Source: a virus
Length of the DNA stretch: 60,599 nucleotides
IMG/VR virus record: IMGVR_UViG_3300035138_000104
Location: 1 to 60,599 of that record
Reading direction: 5' to 3' (one strand)
The position numbers were made by a program, and so were the translations under genes. Positions 6,615 to 15,187 of the stretch are shown piece by piece (the first letter of the stretch is position 1; every line of letters begins with the position of its first letter). A model generated the notes under the pieces. That model was not told where the DNA came from, ran no database searches, and worked only from the letters and a program-made list of their open reading frames with translations.

Positions 6615-7473
6615 TTTGTCCTCCATCTTCTAATCTTTTTATTCTTTGCATAGCCAGGCTATGTAAAGTTTCGTGAAAATCTTGCAATTTAGATAAATCA
6701 TTTTTTATGAAATTAGCATTTTTAACATAATCAACTTTTTCTTTTTCTTCAAATAAACTGACCTTATTATGCCTATTATTAAGTACCATCATAATTTGTT
6801 GATAGATAGCTTTATTTGCTTCAGGCAATTTGGTTATATCTTCCATATTAGACTTTTTATCATCTTCATATTTTTGATCTCCCCTTAGTTGCCCATCTTT
6901 ACCATATTCTTCACCATCATTTGAAAAGTCAAGTCCTAATGTTCCAATAATCAAATCGATTTTACATCTTTTCTCTGCCATTTTTACCGCACGATTTGCA
7001 CTTCCTTTAAGTGGTTTATTAGTTGTGCTATAAGTTTTTTCGTCAAATTCATAAGCACCTCGACCTTCTCCCCATGCAAATAATTTTACCACCTGTTGCT
7101 CATATTGCATGCCAACTTTCATTAAATATTGAAGTATCATCTTCAATAATTCCTGATTAATTAAATAGCCAACATAACAAACTGAAGGCTTTTTGCCTAA
7201 CATATTCCATGAATCATAATCCGGATAGAGTTTAATACGGCATTCAATTAAGCTGGCAATTTTTTCCGCACCTGGTTTTAAAAGAGTATCCCTTTTCGAA
7301 TCTGCATAACTTTTACCAAAGTCATAGTCCTTTTTTAAATTGTCTTTGATAAAAGTTTGAATTTCTTGCCGTTGCTTATTATACAGATCTAATCTTTCTT
7401 TATACATATCCCAAAGATTCTTTGGTATGGGTGGCAAATTCATTTCTTTAACAATGTTTTTTTGCTCGTCCAT
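6601..7473 (-). CDS. Putative single-strand annealing recombinase
   Basis: 290 aa with AAGGAGAG upstream. It lies next to the exonuclease as in phage two-component recombination modules. The motifs (KPGAEKIA, GEGRGAYE, ANRAVKMAEKRCKIDLI) are only loosely Rad52/ERF-like. Confidence 0.4.
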   Translation of the reverse strand: MDEQKNIVKEMNLPPIPKNLWDMYKERLDLYNKQRQEIQTFIKDNLKKDYDFGKSYADSKRDTLLKPGAEKIASLIECRIKLYPDYDSWNMLGKKPSVCYVGYLINQELLKMILQYLMKVGMQYEQQVVKLFAWGEGRGAYEFDEKTYSTTNKPLKGSANRAVKMAEKRCKIDLIIGTLGLDFSNDGEEYGKDGQLRGDQKYEDDKKSNMEDITKLPEANKAIYQQIMMVLNNRHNKVSLFEEKEKVDYVKNANFIKNDLSKLQDFHETLHSLAMQRIKRLEDGGQNEQN

Positions 7474-7616
7474 TTTTTATCTCTCCTTATTTCTTTTTTT
7501 TTATTTTTCAAATAATCAATAAGTCTATCGATTATTGTTAAAATATCATGTTTATTATGTCCTTCAAAGGCATGCTCAATATACCAACAAATAGTTTTAA
7601 AAGTCTGCAAAAACAA
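7440..7616 (-). CDS. Small protein (about 58 aa), paralog of 56455..56601
   Basis: Likely TTG start at 7616, 6 nt after AAGGAGA. The upstream part of the track ORF covers an intergenic hairpin. It shares H.KH....IID.LI.YL.NKK.EI with 56455..56601. Confidence 0.5.
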   Translation of the reverse strand: MFLQTFKTICWYIEHAFEGHNKHDILTIIDRLIDYLKNKKKEIRRDKKWTSKKTLLKK

Positions 7617-7681
7617 AAATGTTCTCCTTATTCCCAAGCACTCTCTTTCAAGAGTGCAAGGGACTAACAAGACTCTATGGC

Positions 7682-8068
7682 TCAAGGCAGGTTTAACAAA
7701 CCTTCACCTAAAGCTTTTTTTCCTTCATATTCTGCGAGTTGCCTATCGTCAATTAAACATTTATCTTCTTCGAGTTTTTTCAACTCACCGACTAACTGAT
7801 CTCTTTTTGCAATTAAATGTTCTAATGCGACTATTTCCTGGTCCATAACATAAATTTCTCTTTTAAGTTTTTTTATTTTTTCTTTTACCTTCTGGTCTTT
7901 TACAAGTATTCTTTTGACTTCTGTTACAACATCAATTACTTTATAATTTTTTTTATTTCGGGGATGTCCTTTCATGGCTTCATCATAAATATGAATTTTT
8001 TCCGCTTCTGACATTTGATCATTTAATTCAAAATCTTTTTCTCCAACAGTAAAAGTCATTTTTTTCAT
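7682..8068 (-). CDS. Hypothetical coiled-coil protein (128 aa)
   Basis: AAGGAGGG lies upstream of the ATG at 8068. The sequence is Lys/Glu-rich and helical. Confidence 0.7.
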   Translation of the reverse strand: MKKMTFTVGEKDFELNDQMSEAEKIHIYDEAMKGHPRNKKNYKVIDVVTEVKRILVKDQKVKEKIKKLKREIYVMDQEIVALEHLIAKRDQLVGELKKLEEDKCLIDDRQLAEYEGKKALGEGLLNLP

Positions 8069-8112
8069 AATAGCCCTCCTTAATTACAAAGTTATTCTTT
8101 ATATCTTTTCAT

Positions 8113-8211
8113 TCATTTTGCACTCCCTAGAGTGCATACATTTTTCTTAGTGCATATATTACAAGGAGTACTTTTTGTGTAATGAAATTGACATTGTTTT
8201 GTAAGTTTCAT
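8113..8211 (-). CDS. Cys-rich mini-protein (32 aa)
   Basis: ATG at 8211 follows AGGAGGUC. The sequence MKLTKQCQFHYTKSTPCNICTKKNVCTLGSAK has four Cys. It is below the ORF-track length cutoff. Confidence 0.4.
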   Translation of the reverse strand: MKLTKQCQFHYTKSTPCNICTKKNVCTLGSAK

Positions 8212-8268
8212 AATGACCTCCTTAAAATAATTATTAAAGAAGCCCACTTAATGAGCTTCGTAAAATAA

Positions 8269-8508
8269 TTATTCAATTTTAAATAACCTATCACGTGTTG
8301 TAATAACACATTTGCCTTCTTCAAGATTAGGAGCAAAACCCATAATATAAACCATGCCAGAATTATTTTTAGGATTTCCATTTCTTAAATATCCATCTTG
8401 TTTATATTCATCTTTAATAGGGTTCTCTTTTTCGATGTACTGTATAAGCTCATCTTTTTCAAACTCTTTTCCATTAACAATCCATTTTTCTTTTAATTCA
8501 ACAGCCAT
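8269..8508 (-). CDS. Hypothetical protein (79 aa)
   Basis: Minus-strand ORF in the early gene train with GGAGG upstream. Confidence 0.65.
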   Translation of the reverse strand: MAVELKEKWIVNGKEFEKDELIQYIEKENPIKDEYKQDGYLRNGNPKNNSGMVYIMGFAPNLEEGKCVITTRDRLFKIE

Positions 8509-8519
8509 AAATAACCTCC

Positions 8520-8729
8520 TTATTTAACACCTAAATTAAATTTATTTATGCCTTCACTTACGAAAAACATAAAATCATCCAATAAAACTTTATCTTTTTC
8601 AACTTCATAAAAAACAGGATTTTTGATTTCATCACTTATAAATAATTTGAATTTTAAAGGTAAGTTGTTATAAAAAGCATCCTCAAGATGTTTAATATAA
8701 CGCTTTGCAATATGTTGTCTTGTTAGCAT
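8520..8729 (-). CDS. Hypothetical protein (69 aa), first gene after the early promoter
   Basis: ATG at 8729 is preceded by UAGGAGGUCGAAG and lies downstream of the promoter at 8753..8780. Confidence 0.7.
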   Translation of the reverse strand: MLTRQHIAKRYIKHLEDAFYNNLPLKFKLFISDEIKNPVFYEVEKDKVLLDDFMFFVSEGINKFNLGVK

Positions 8730-8752
8730 CTTCGACCTCCTAACTACTATTA

Positions 8753-8780
8753 ATTATAGCACGCTTTTTTAATTTGTCAA
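8753..8780 (-). promoter_or_regulatory. Sigma70-type promoter with extended -10
   Basis: TTGACA (8780-8775), 16 nt, TGcTATAAT (8761-8753). A second TTGACA at 8803-8798 has no matching -10. Confidence 0.65.
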
Positions 8781-8970
8781 TGTTTTTTTATATATTTTGT
8801 CAATTTTTTTAATATTTTTTAAAAATTTTAATAAAAAGCAAATTTGCTCAAAATAAGCATTCTAAGCGTCCAAAATATTGTTTTGCCTTTCATTCTATAT
8901 AAACATATATTCCGTTTAAAATAACCCCTAAAATTTAGCGCTGAGAGCATTTTAAAAGCATAGCTGGAAT

Positions 8971-9001
8971 AAAAAAAGCGTCCTTGAATTAACAAAGACG
9001 C
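8971..9001 (-). terminator. Rho-independent terminator closing the late/lysis operon
   Basis: Minus strand GCGUCuUUG-UUAAUU-CAAgGACGC followed by U7 (8977-8971). Confidence 0.65.
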
Positions 9002-9068
9002 CCGGAGAAATAAAAAATGAAAAACATGAATGCCAATAACTTGACATTTAAGTGACTATCTCATTTTT

Positions 9069-9671
9069 TTAAAGAATTTTTCTTTTACCAAACATAAATA
9101 TCATTTCGGCTTTTACGCCAATTCCCAGATCCTCAAATGGCTTTATATAAGGACCGGTTAAAAATATTATTCTATTATTCAAAAAACTTAATACTACATC
9201 CATGCCAATAATAAGATCAAAAGATATATCATCAAAAGAATTATAAGATAATATATCTGTAAATCCACCCATTGCATAAATACCAAATCCAAAAGGTCTA
9301 TTAATTTTATTTAACATTTTACTGTTTTTTATAAGTTGGTTTTCAAGTTCAATGATTCTATTATCTTTTTCCTTAAGTATTTCATTTGTGGTTTTTTCCA
9401 GATTATCAAATTGTTTTTGCAACCTTTTTGCGAGTTCTCTATCCTTAATTATCTTTATAGTTTCCCTTATAATTTCAACTTGTTTTTGGCGTTCTTTCAT
9501 CAATTTTTCAATGCGTTTTTTATAATCAGTTCCCATTAATAAATGAGAGTTGGCTTTCAATAAATGTTTAATTTTACATTGCTGTATCTTACCTGTAATG
9601 AGGCTATAAACAAGAATAATAAAAATAATAATAATTACTACGATACTACTTCTTAATATTATTTTTCTCAA
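9069..9671 (-). CDS. Membrane-anchored coiled-coil protein (possible spanin-like lysis accessory)
   Basis: 200 aa. N-terminal TM segment SSIVVIIIIFIILVYSLI, then a long Lys/Glu-rich helix. It is the last gene of the lysis block. Confidence 0.4.
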   Translation of the reverse strand: MRKIILRSSIVVIIIIFIILVYSLITGKIQQCKIKHLLKANSHLLMGTDYKKRIEKLMKERQKQVEIIRETIKIIKDRELAKRLQKQFDNLEKTTNEILKEKDNRIIELENQLIKNSKMLNKINRPFGFGIYAMGGFTDILSYNSFDDISFDLIIGMDVVLSFLNNRIIFLTGPYIKPFEDLGIGVKAEMIFMFGKRKIL

Positions 9672-9798
9672 AATATTTCCTTATAATATCATCAGTTTGT
9701 TCTTCAGTTAAGTTCAACCTGAAGAATAATATTGCCATACAAGCAAAAAGAATAATAGTTATAAAAAATAAATCCCTGATAATTTTCAAGGTTTTCAT
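9646..9798 (-). CDS. Small membrane protein (50 aa)
   Basis: ATG at 9798 follows GAGGG. The TM segment is FFITIILFACMAILFF. It overlaps the start of 9069..9671. Confidence 0.45.
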   Translation of the reverse strand: MKTLKIIRDLFFITIILFACMAILFFRLNLTEEQTDDIIRKYFEKNNIKK

Positions 9799-9886
9799 AT
9801 CTTTACCCTCATAAAAGAGGGATTATTTTTTTATCTCAATATCAATTCCTTAAACTCTATTTTCTTAACTTTAATATATCTCATAT

Positions 9887-10120
9887 TTAATCCTTATCCT
9901 TATTAAAATATTTTAAATTTGTTATCTTATCAAATGTATTGCCACCGATAAATATTGCTGTATTTAAAAGTATTGCTGCAATTATAATACTCCCAATAAT
10001 ACTCAATACATCTGATGCTTTCCAGAGAGTTACAAAAAACATTGATGTATATATAATAGTATTTAAGATATAAGAAGTTACTTTTCTACCTCTTAATCTT
10101 GCTTTTCTACGATCTTTCAT
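9887..10120 (-). CDS. Holin candidate (77 aa, two TM segments)
   Basis: Basic N terminus followed by two hydrophobic helices. Its start overlaps the stop of the peptidase gene (ATGA). Confidence 0.5.
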   Translation of the reverse strand: MKDRRKARLRGRKVTSYILNTIIYTSMFFVTLWKASDVLSIIGSIIIAAILLNTAIFIGGNTFDKITNLKYFNKDKD

Positions 10121-10596
10121 ATTATCCCTTTCTTTTCAAAATATCTATCTAGCATGAAAGGTTCAAAAAATATACGATGTCCTATTTTTTCATTTTTCAC
10201 GAACTTGATCAAATCTTTCGCAAAATCTTCATTAAGCTGATTATCCATCATAAAAATTTCATAATGAGTATGTATCCCAGTTGCAGTTCCAGTCATTCCC
10301 TGGATAGCAATTAATTGATCTCTTTCTATATCTTCGTATCCCTTAACCAGATTTTCTTCATTATGAAAATAATTATGATATAAAGAAATACCTTTTATAT
10401 TAGACACCATTTGAACATAATTACCTTCGCCAAAATTCCCAAATTTAGATCTTCGTATAATTCCTTCATATGCACAATATACATGATGTGATTTATCGTC
10501 AACTAAATCAACACCAGTATGAAATTCTTTACCTCCATATTTAGGATGTAGTCTTGGACCAAAAGGGCTAGTCAATCTTTGTTTCAATAATTTCAT
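10117..10596 (-). CDS. M23-family peptidoglycan endopeptidase (endolysin candidate)
   Basis: 159 aa. HTGVDL (HxxxD) and GIHTHYEI (HxH) are the M23/LytM zinc motifs. AAGGAG lies upstream. Confidence 0.75.
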   Translation of the reverse strand: MKLLKQRLTSPFGPRLHPKYGGKEFHTGVDLVDDKSHHVYCAYEGIIRRSKFGNFGEGNYVQMVSNIKGISLYHNYFHNEENLVKGYEDIERDQLIAIQGMTGTATGIHTHYEIFMMDNQLNEDFAKDLIKFVKNEKIGHRIFFEPFMLDRYFEKKGII

Positions 10597-10729
10597 CTTC
10601 TATCTCCTTATGTAAATATATTTTATCATATTTATCACAATTACTGCAAGATTCTATAAGATATTTTTTTTCATCTATTAACTCAATTTCAGTATTAATA
10701 TCACCTATCTTACAGTCAGGGCATTTCAT
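10568..10729 (-). CDS. Small zinc-ribbon protein (53 aa)
   Basis: ATG at 10729 follows UGGAGGAUAAA. Contains CPDC...CSNC. Confidence 0.55.
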   Translation of the reverse strand: MKCPDCKIGDINTEIELIDEKKYLIESCSNCDKYDKIYLHKEIEDEIIETKID

Positions 10730-10730
10730 T

Positions 10731-11345
10731 TTATCCTCCATTGCCTTGTTTGTGAAAAATACAACTTTCTTTTTTAAGATATTCCAGCATTTCATTAGAA
10801 TTTTTTGATAATGTATTATATATTCTCAAACCTCCTCGTTGATGCCATTCATTTAATGGGAGAATAACTTTTGAATTATCATATAGGTTCTCTATTATCT
10901 CTGTTCCTTTTCGCATATACACATTAACAACATTTTGCTTGAATGCTATCCAATCATTTTGATTTTGATATCGGTATAAATCATTATTATGAATATATCG
11001 ATCAATGGTTATATCTTCACATGCATCACTCATAGCAATTGCAATCAGTTTATAGTATTTCACATCAGATTTTATTTTAGAATAGGGAATATCTAAATTT
11101 TTATCTTTAATAAATTCTCTCAATACAATTTCATATAAATTACATAGTTCTACTACCATTGCATTCTTCATGTCAATTGCATTATTAGTTTGTGCCTTCA
11201 CTTTTGTCATTTCTTTATTTGCCCTTGAAAATGATACCCATTTTGTTTTGACATTAATCCCACTAAATGCAACTGATAAAATTATTATCCCCATTAATAT
11301 AATTTTCCATGTATCAATATTTGTAATCCAATTAATAATCTTCAT
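10731..11345 (-). CDS. Hypothetical membrane-anchored protein (204 aa)
   Basis: N-terminal TM segment WKIILMGIIILSVAF. It sits between the fibre and lysis genes. Confidence 0.65.
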   Translation of the reverse strand: MKIINWITNIDTWKIILMGIIILSVAFSGINVKTKWVSFSRANKEMTKVKAQTNNAIDMKNAMVVELCNLYEIVLREFIKDKNLDIPYSKIKSDVKYYKLIAIAMSDACEDITIDRYIHNNDLYRYQNQNDWIAFKQNVVNVYMRKGTEIIENLYDNSKVILPLNEWHQRGGLRIYNTLSKNSNEMLEYLKKESCIFHKQGNGG

Positions 11346-11354
11346 AAAATCTCC

Positions 11355-12923
11355 TTAAAGTTCATCATCTATAGTCCATTGAAATTCAATTTTTGCTTGA
11401 GTACTTCCTCCCCCATTTGTACCTGAAACAGAAAAAGAAATGTCTGATTTTCTTTCAAATGTTGGGGTCTGGTTATCTCCTGCTGACGTTGCAATTTTAT
11501 CCTTATTTGGAACATTATCATAAGTAGTTATGGTATAATTATTAGTTCTACTAACAATTGGTAAAAATACTATTCCTTTGACTGTACGTGCTGCATTATT
11601 AAGACCATCAAGAAATAAAATATATTCTCCATCATTTGTTATTGTTCCTGGTGCAACATCAAAATTATAAGATTTTTGATAGAATCTTTTACATAGCATA
11701 ATTTCTGTTGTAAAATATCTCTGTGCATATGCTATCGCCTTATTGCCTTGAGTTAATCTTACTTTACTAATATACAATTCATCGTTAACTGAAGCGTCTG
11801 TATCATCTATCCAAAAAAATAAAGCAATATTTGTAGTAGAAGGCGTATCGAGGCTAATACCTTCTATTGTATATTCTGTCCAATTTGTTGTTAATGCTAT
11901 ATTTTCAGGTGTATTTTCATATGTCCAATTTGAAACTAATGTTGGATCTGCGCCTTCTGAACCCCATATGCTCACTACATCTGAAGTTACATTATCTAAT
12001 GCCCCATCCCAAGCTAAGACTCCAACTCTTATATTTTCTATTTCTACCCCTGATCCTGTTTTTGCCTCAAAAGCAACTGAACACGTTGAACCAATTATGT
12101 CTATTGCCTCTCTATTTTCAACTATTTGTAATATTCCAAATTTTTTATTTGCCGTAGCAACCACATGCTTCATGCTAAAAGTAGCTCCGGCCGGTGCATC
12201 TGCGCTTCTCGAAACATCGACAATATCATTTCCATCACTTAATAATATCCATCGGTCAAGAAGATATGTATCGTCATTGTTTGCCGGATCTGTTGTAGAA
12301 TCAAATGCTGATCCTCTTTGGATAATCATACCATCAGGATTGATTATATAATTTTTAAAATTCTCAATCTTAAAAGAAGAATAAGAAATTTTCTTTTTAT
12401 TATACGAATCTTCAGAATCTTCTATTAATAAAACATCATCATCCACTAAAACACTTTTAGAACTCATTGTGTTAATTTCATTTGTAACAGATTTATTCAA
12501 AGCCCCATCTTTCCCAACTAATAATTTCCAATCACTAGGACTTGATGAAGGCGTATTGCCTTGATTAGGAGATCCCCCTGTGCCTGTTAATGAAATATAA
12601 ACATCTTCATTAGAATCTCTTACAATTGAACCAATATAATATTCTTCAGTCGAAAGATATTCAGCAATACCATTCTGAAAAATATAACTTAATTGACTTG
12701 TAATCAAAAAATATAATGCGTTAATATCCTGTATTCTTGGTGGTTCATTGGCCGATGCTGTAATAGCATATAGCCCCTGTAAATACTGAGCCAAGCTTTG
12801 AATATTGTCTAAATCTTTAGTTGTAGTTGGCGCTCCAGCTGCTTCAGAACCTATTCTCCCAAATTCGCTAGTACCACCTGTCGAACCGAAAATTTTTTGT
12901 AAAACTCTAGATAATAGTGCCAT
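11355..12923 (-). CDS. Tail fibre / receptor-binding protein
   Basis: 522 aa. It is the last large structural gene after the baseplate genes and has a Gly/Ser/Thr/Asn-rich composition. Confidence 0.55.
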   Translation of the reverse strand: MALLSRVLQKIFGSTGGTSEFGRIGSEAAGAPTTTKDLDNIQSLAQYLQGLYAITASANEPPRIQDINALYFLITSQLSYIFQNGIAEYLSTEEYYIGSIVRDSNEDVYISLTGTGGSPNQGNTPSSSPSDWKLLVGKDGALNKSVTNEINTMSSKSVLVDDDVLLIEDSEDSYNKKKISYSSFKIENFKNYIINPDGMIIQRGSAFDSTTDPANNDDTYLLDRWILLSDGNDIVDVSRSADAPAGATFSMKHVVATANKKFGILQIVENREAIDIIGSTCSVAFEAKTGSGVEIENIRVGVLAWDGALDNVTSDVVSIWGSEGADPTLVSNWTYENTPENIALTTNWTEYTIEGISLDTPSTTNIALFFWIDDTDASVNDELYISKVRLTQGNKAIAYAQRYFTTEIMLCKRFYQKSYNFDVAPGTITNDGEYILFLDGLNNAARTVKGIVFLPIVSRTNNYTITTYDNVPNKDKIATSAGDNQTPTFERKSDISFSVSGTNGGGSTQAKIEFQWTIDDEL

Positions 12924-13650
12924 AAGTTAGCCACCCCCCTTGAGGAACATCCCCATATTTTATATAACCGTAAATGAAATCCGGATAAACACCGCTATAT
13001 GTTGCATAACCAAATAAATGATTTATATCTGGTGCAAAACTAACAGTGACGGCAACGCCAGCCGGTTTCGGTAGTAAATTTTCAGAAACTAAAATAGTAA
13101 CCATCCTTTCTGAAGACTCATTAAAAATATATGCTATAGACATATTTCCACGATCAATAAAATCACTAAATATAGCTTGATTTGGAAAATATTTATAGAT
13201 AAATTGATCAATTTCATAAGCTGAATGGTTTGAATTGTTTTGAATAATTCTCATTCTCATTACAAATCTAAATTCTTCATCTGTAAGTTCAAATAAAGAT
13301 TGACTAGATTCTTCATAAGTCCTTATTTGAACATCAGGCACAATAGCACCATATACAATATAATTATTAAAATCAAAGGGTGATGTATCTCCATATTCAC
13401 AATAACCCCAATAATCTCGAATAAAGGAGGTCCCTGTAATAGTTCTATCAACGTCAAGATATTTTGCAACTGTATCTTGCTGAACTCCAATTGAATCATC
13501 AATAGAAAATCCATTCTCTATATCAACTAAAAGTTCAAGTATCATTAAAATTTTTATTAGGGCTTTAATATGCTGAGGTGCTTTTTCTTTTGTTTTATAT
13601 TGTAAAATAAGTAAATTAGCATAATAAATAAGCATTTCTTCATTTGTCAT
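12907..13650 (-). CDS. Baseplate/tail-fibre-attachment protein (gpI / XkdU position)
   Basis: 247 aa, directly downstream of the J-like gene. The call rests on synteny only. Confidence 0.45.
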   Translation of the reverse strand: MTNEEMLIYYANLLILQYKTKEKAPQHIKALIKILMILELLVDIENGFSIDDSIGVQQDTVAKYLDVDRTITGTSFIRDYWGYCEYGDTSPFDFNNYIVYGAIVPDVQIRTYEESSQSLFELTDEEFRFVMRMRIIQNNSNHSAYEIDQFIYKYFPNQAIFSDFIDRGNMSIAYIFNESSERMVTILVSENLLPKPAGVAVTVSFAPDINHLFGYATYSGVYPDFIYGYIKYGDVPQGGWLTYGTII

Positions 13651-14837
13651 GTTATTGTAATCCTTGCCGTATCATTAATAAACTTATGTTTTTTAGAAGA
13701 TGGTGTTTGTGTTTCAGCCCAACTTGCCCCATCATCCGAAATCTGACATCCAGTGATAATATAATCTTCATTCAATGATTTTACAAAACTTATAATTTCA
13801 TCCGTAGAAGCATCTTTCCCCATTTCCCATAACACATATTGAACTATTTGTTGTTTCACATAAGTTGGATCATAAACACCACCTGTATAAGTTATCGAAA
13901 ATCTAATATATAAATCCTGATTTTCAACTCTATCAAACCGTATTAAAAATGTTCTATTCCTGGTACGTGGAACATAAACCTCAGTATCGCCTTTCATTCC
14001 AGATCCACTGGATTTTTTTTTATATATTGCTAAAGCAATCTCATCGTCGTCCCCACCCTCAACAATACACCATATAGAATGTGCTGGAATTCCATCACCA
14101 TCAACTGAATCTGTATCATTTTCATGAACCACTGCATCTGTCACATCATCGACATTAAGAATCGCTGCTTCAATAGAATCCAGATATCCTGATGCTGACA
14201 ATGCAACCGAGCCTCTCCTACGGCGTTTTAAATCAAAATCGCTTTCTTCATCGACTCCAACACTATTAGCTGAGCTTGTATTGGTTATTGATAATACTCC
14301 TGCAACTATTGTTACTGGCGTTGTAATAGTTAAAGGAGTAACCTCAATAATTCCGATTTCTTTTGCTCTAAATGTAAAAGTCAACTCCTCAGTTGTAGGA
14401 TGAATAATATTTTGGCTTTCAAGTAAATAAAATTCATTACCTGCATCATCTTTTACTGTATATAAATTTGTTACAGTAGGTTCAAGTTCGTCTGCCTGAT
14501 CGTCAAGCCCCACCAAATTTAGTGATCTATCTATTGTAAATGTAATATCAACATAAGTATAAGTACCTGAATTTCTTTCAATTCCATTTATACCAACTCT
14601 TTGATCCAAAATTCTTCCTTCTGCTTCGTCTGGATCAAAAGAAGTATATACTTTCTGAACTACTTCTCTAATATCTATACCACCCTGGCAATATATATTT
14701 ATAGACTGTCCATCTTGAGAATTCTGATCAACATTTATATCATCACCATAGATGTCCTTTAAATCACCTACTAATTCTTCCCTTAATTCGCTTAATGTTT
14801 TTAAGGTTAATCCGGTAGCATCTAAAACATCTGACAT
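13647..14837 (-). CDS. Baseplate J-like wedge protein
   Basis: 396 aa in the J/gp47/XkdT position between the gp25-like and gpI-like genes. Confidence 0.55.
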   Translation of the reverse strand: MSDVLDATGLTLKTLSELREELVGDLKDIYGDDINVDQNSQDGQSINIYCQGGIDIREVVQKVYTSFDPDEAEGRILDQRVGINGIERNSGTYTYVDITFTIDRSLNLVGLDDQADELEPTVTNLYTVKDDAGNEFYLLESQNIIHPTTEELTFTFRAKEIGIIEVTPLTITTPVTIVAGVLSITNTSSANSVGVDEESDFDLKRRRRGSVALSASGYLDSIEAAILNVDDVTDAVVHENDTDSVDGDGIPAHSIWCIVEGGDDDEIALAIYKKKSSGSGMKGDTEVYVPRTRNRTFLIRFDRVENQDLYIRFSITYTGGVYDPTYVKQQIVQYVLWEMGKDASTDEIISFVKSLNEDYIITGCQISDDGASWAETQTPSSKKHKFINDTARITIT

Positions 14838-14848
14838 TTTGTATCTCC

Positions 14849-15187
14849 TTAATAAATAAAATCTATATTTCCATATATAGTATAAATATTAGCTGTTATT
14901 GTAAGCTCTCTTTCTTCAATAGTGCTTTCATAAGTATTTATTTTAATAACATCCGCAGTCTGCAAAATAACTTGTTTTACATTTAGATCTAAAAAGCTTT
15001 TAGATCCTATATCTAAATAATTATTATAATCAACACCTGCATTTAAATCAAAAAAACAATCTCTTAACCATGAAGCCAATCTGGTTTTTAGATTTTGCTT
15101 TAAAGCGTCTTCGTCTTTTAGATAATCAGCTTTACCTCTTCCATATTGCCAATCTCCATTATCATCATTTCTTCTAATTATCATCAT
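14849..15187 (-). CDS. Baseplate wedge protein (gp25/gpW/XkdS position)
   Basis: 112 aa. The call rests on size and position relative to the spike and J-like genes. Confidence 0.5.
   Translation of the reverse strand: MMIIRRNDDNGDWQYGRGKADYLKDEDALKQNLKTRLASWLRDCFFDLNAGVDYNNYLDIGSKSFLDLNVKQVILQTADVIKINTYESTIEERELTITANIYTIYGNIDFIY

Noticed and set aside
7654-7848. Plus-strand track ORFs antisense to long minus-strand genes (7654..7848, 9336..9539, 11170..11358, 11867..12157, 11968..12351, 16275..16583, 18400..18801, 18887..19093, 19417..19602, 25493..25741, 25810..26028, 28122..28310, 36662..36931, 37792..38001, 38351..38566, 40734..40943, 41661..41852, 42292..42498, 47355..47537, 48412..48645, 49066..49278, 49588..49788, 52176..52451, 54004..54285, 54655..54951, 55003..55185, 56927..57124, 58283..58546, 58982..59173, 60155..60358)
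   Set aside because: All lie inside or against better-supported minus-strand genes. They lack SDs and have low-complexity Phe/Leu/Ile-rich translations typical of antisense frames in A+T-rich DNA.
13323-13514. Nested minus-strand track ORFs in alternative frames (13323..13514, 35325..35513, 54304..54525)
   Set aside because: Each is fully contained in a longer gene with recognisable motifs or synteny, and none has an independent translation signal.
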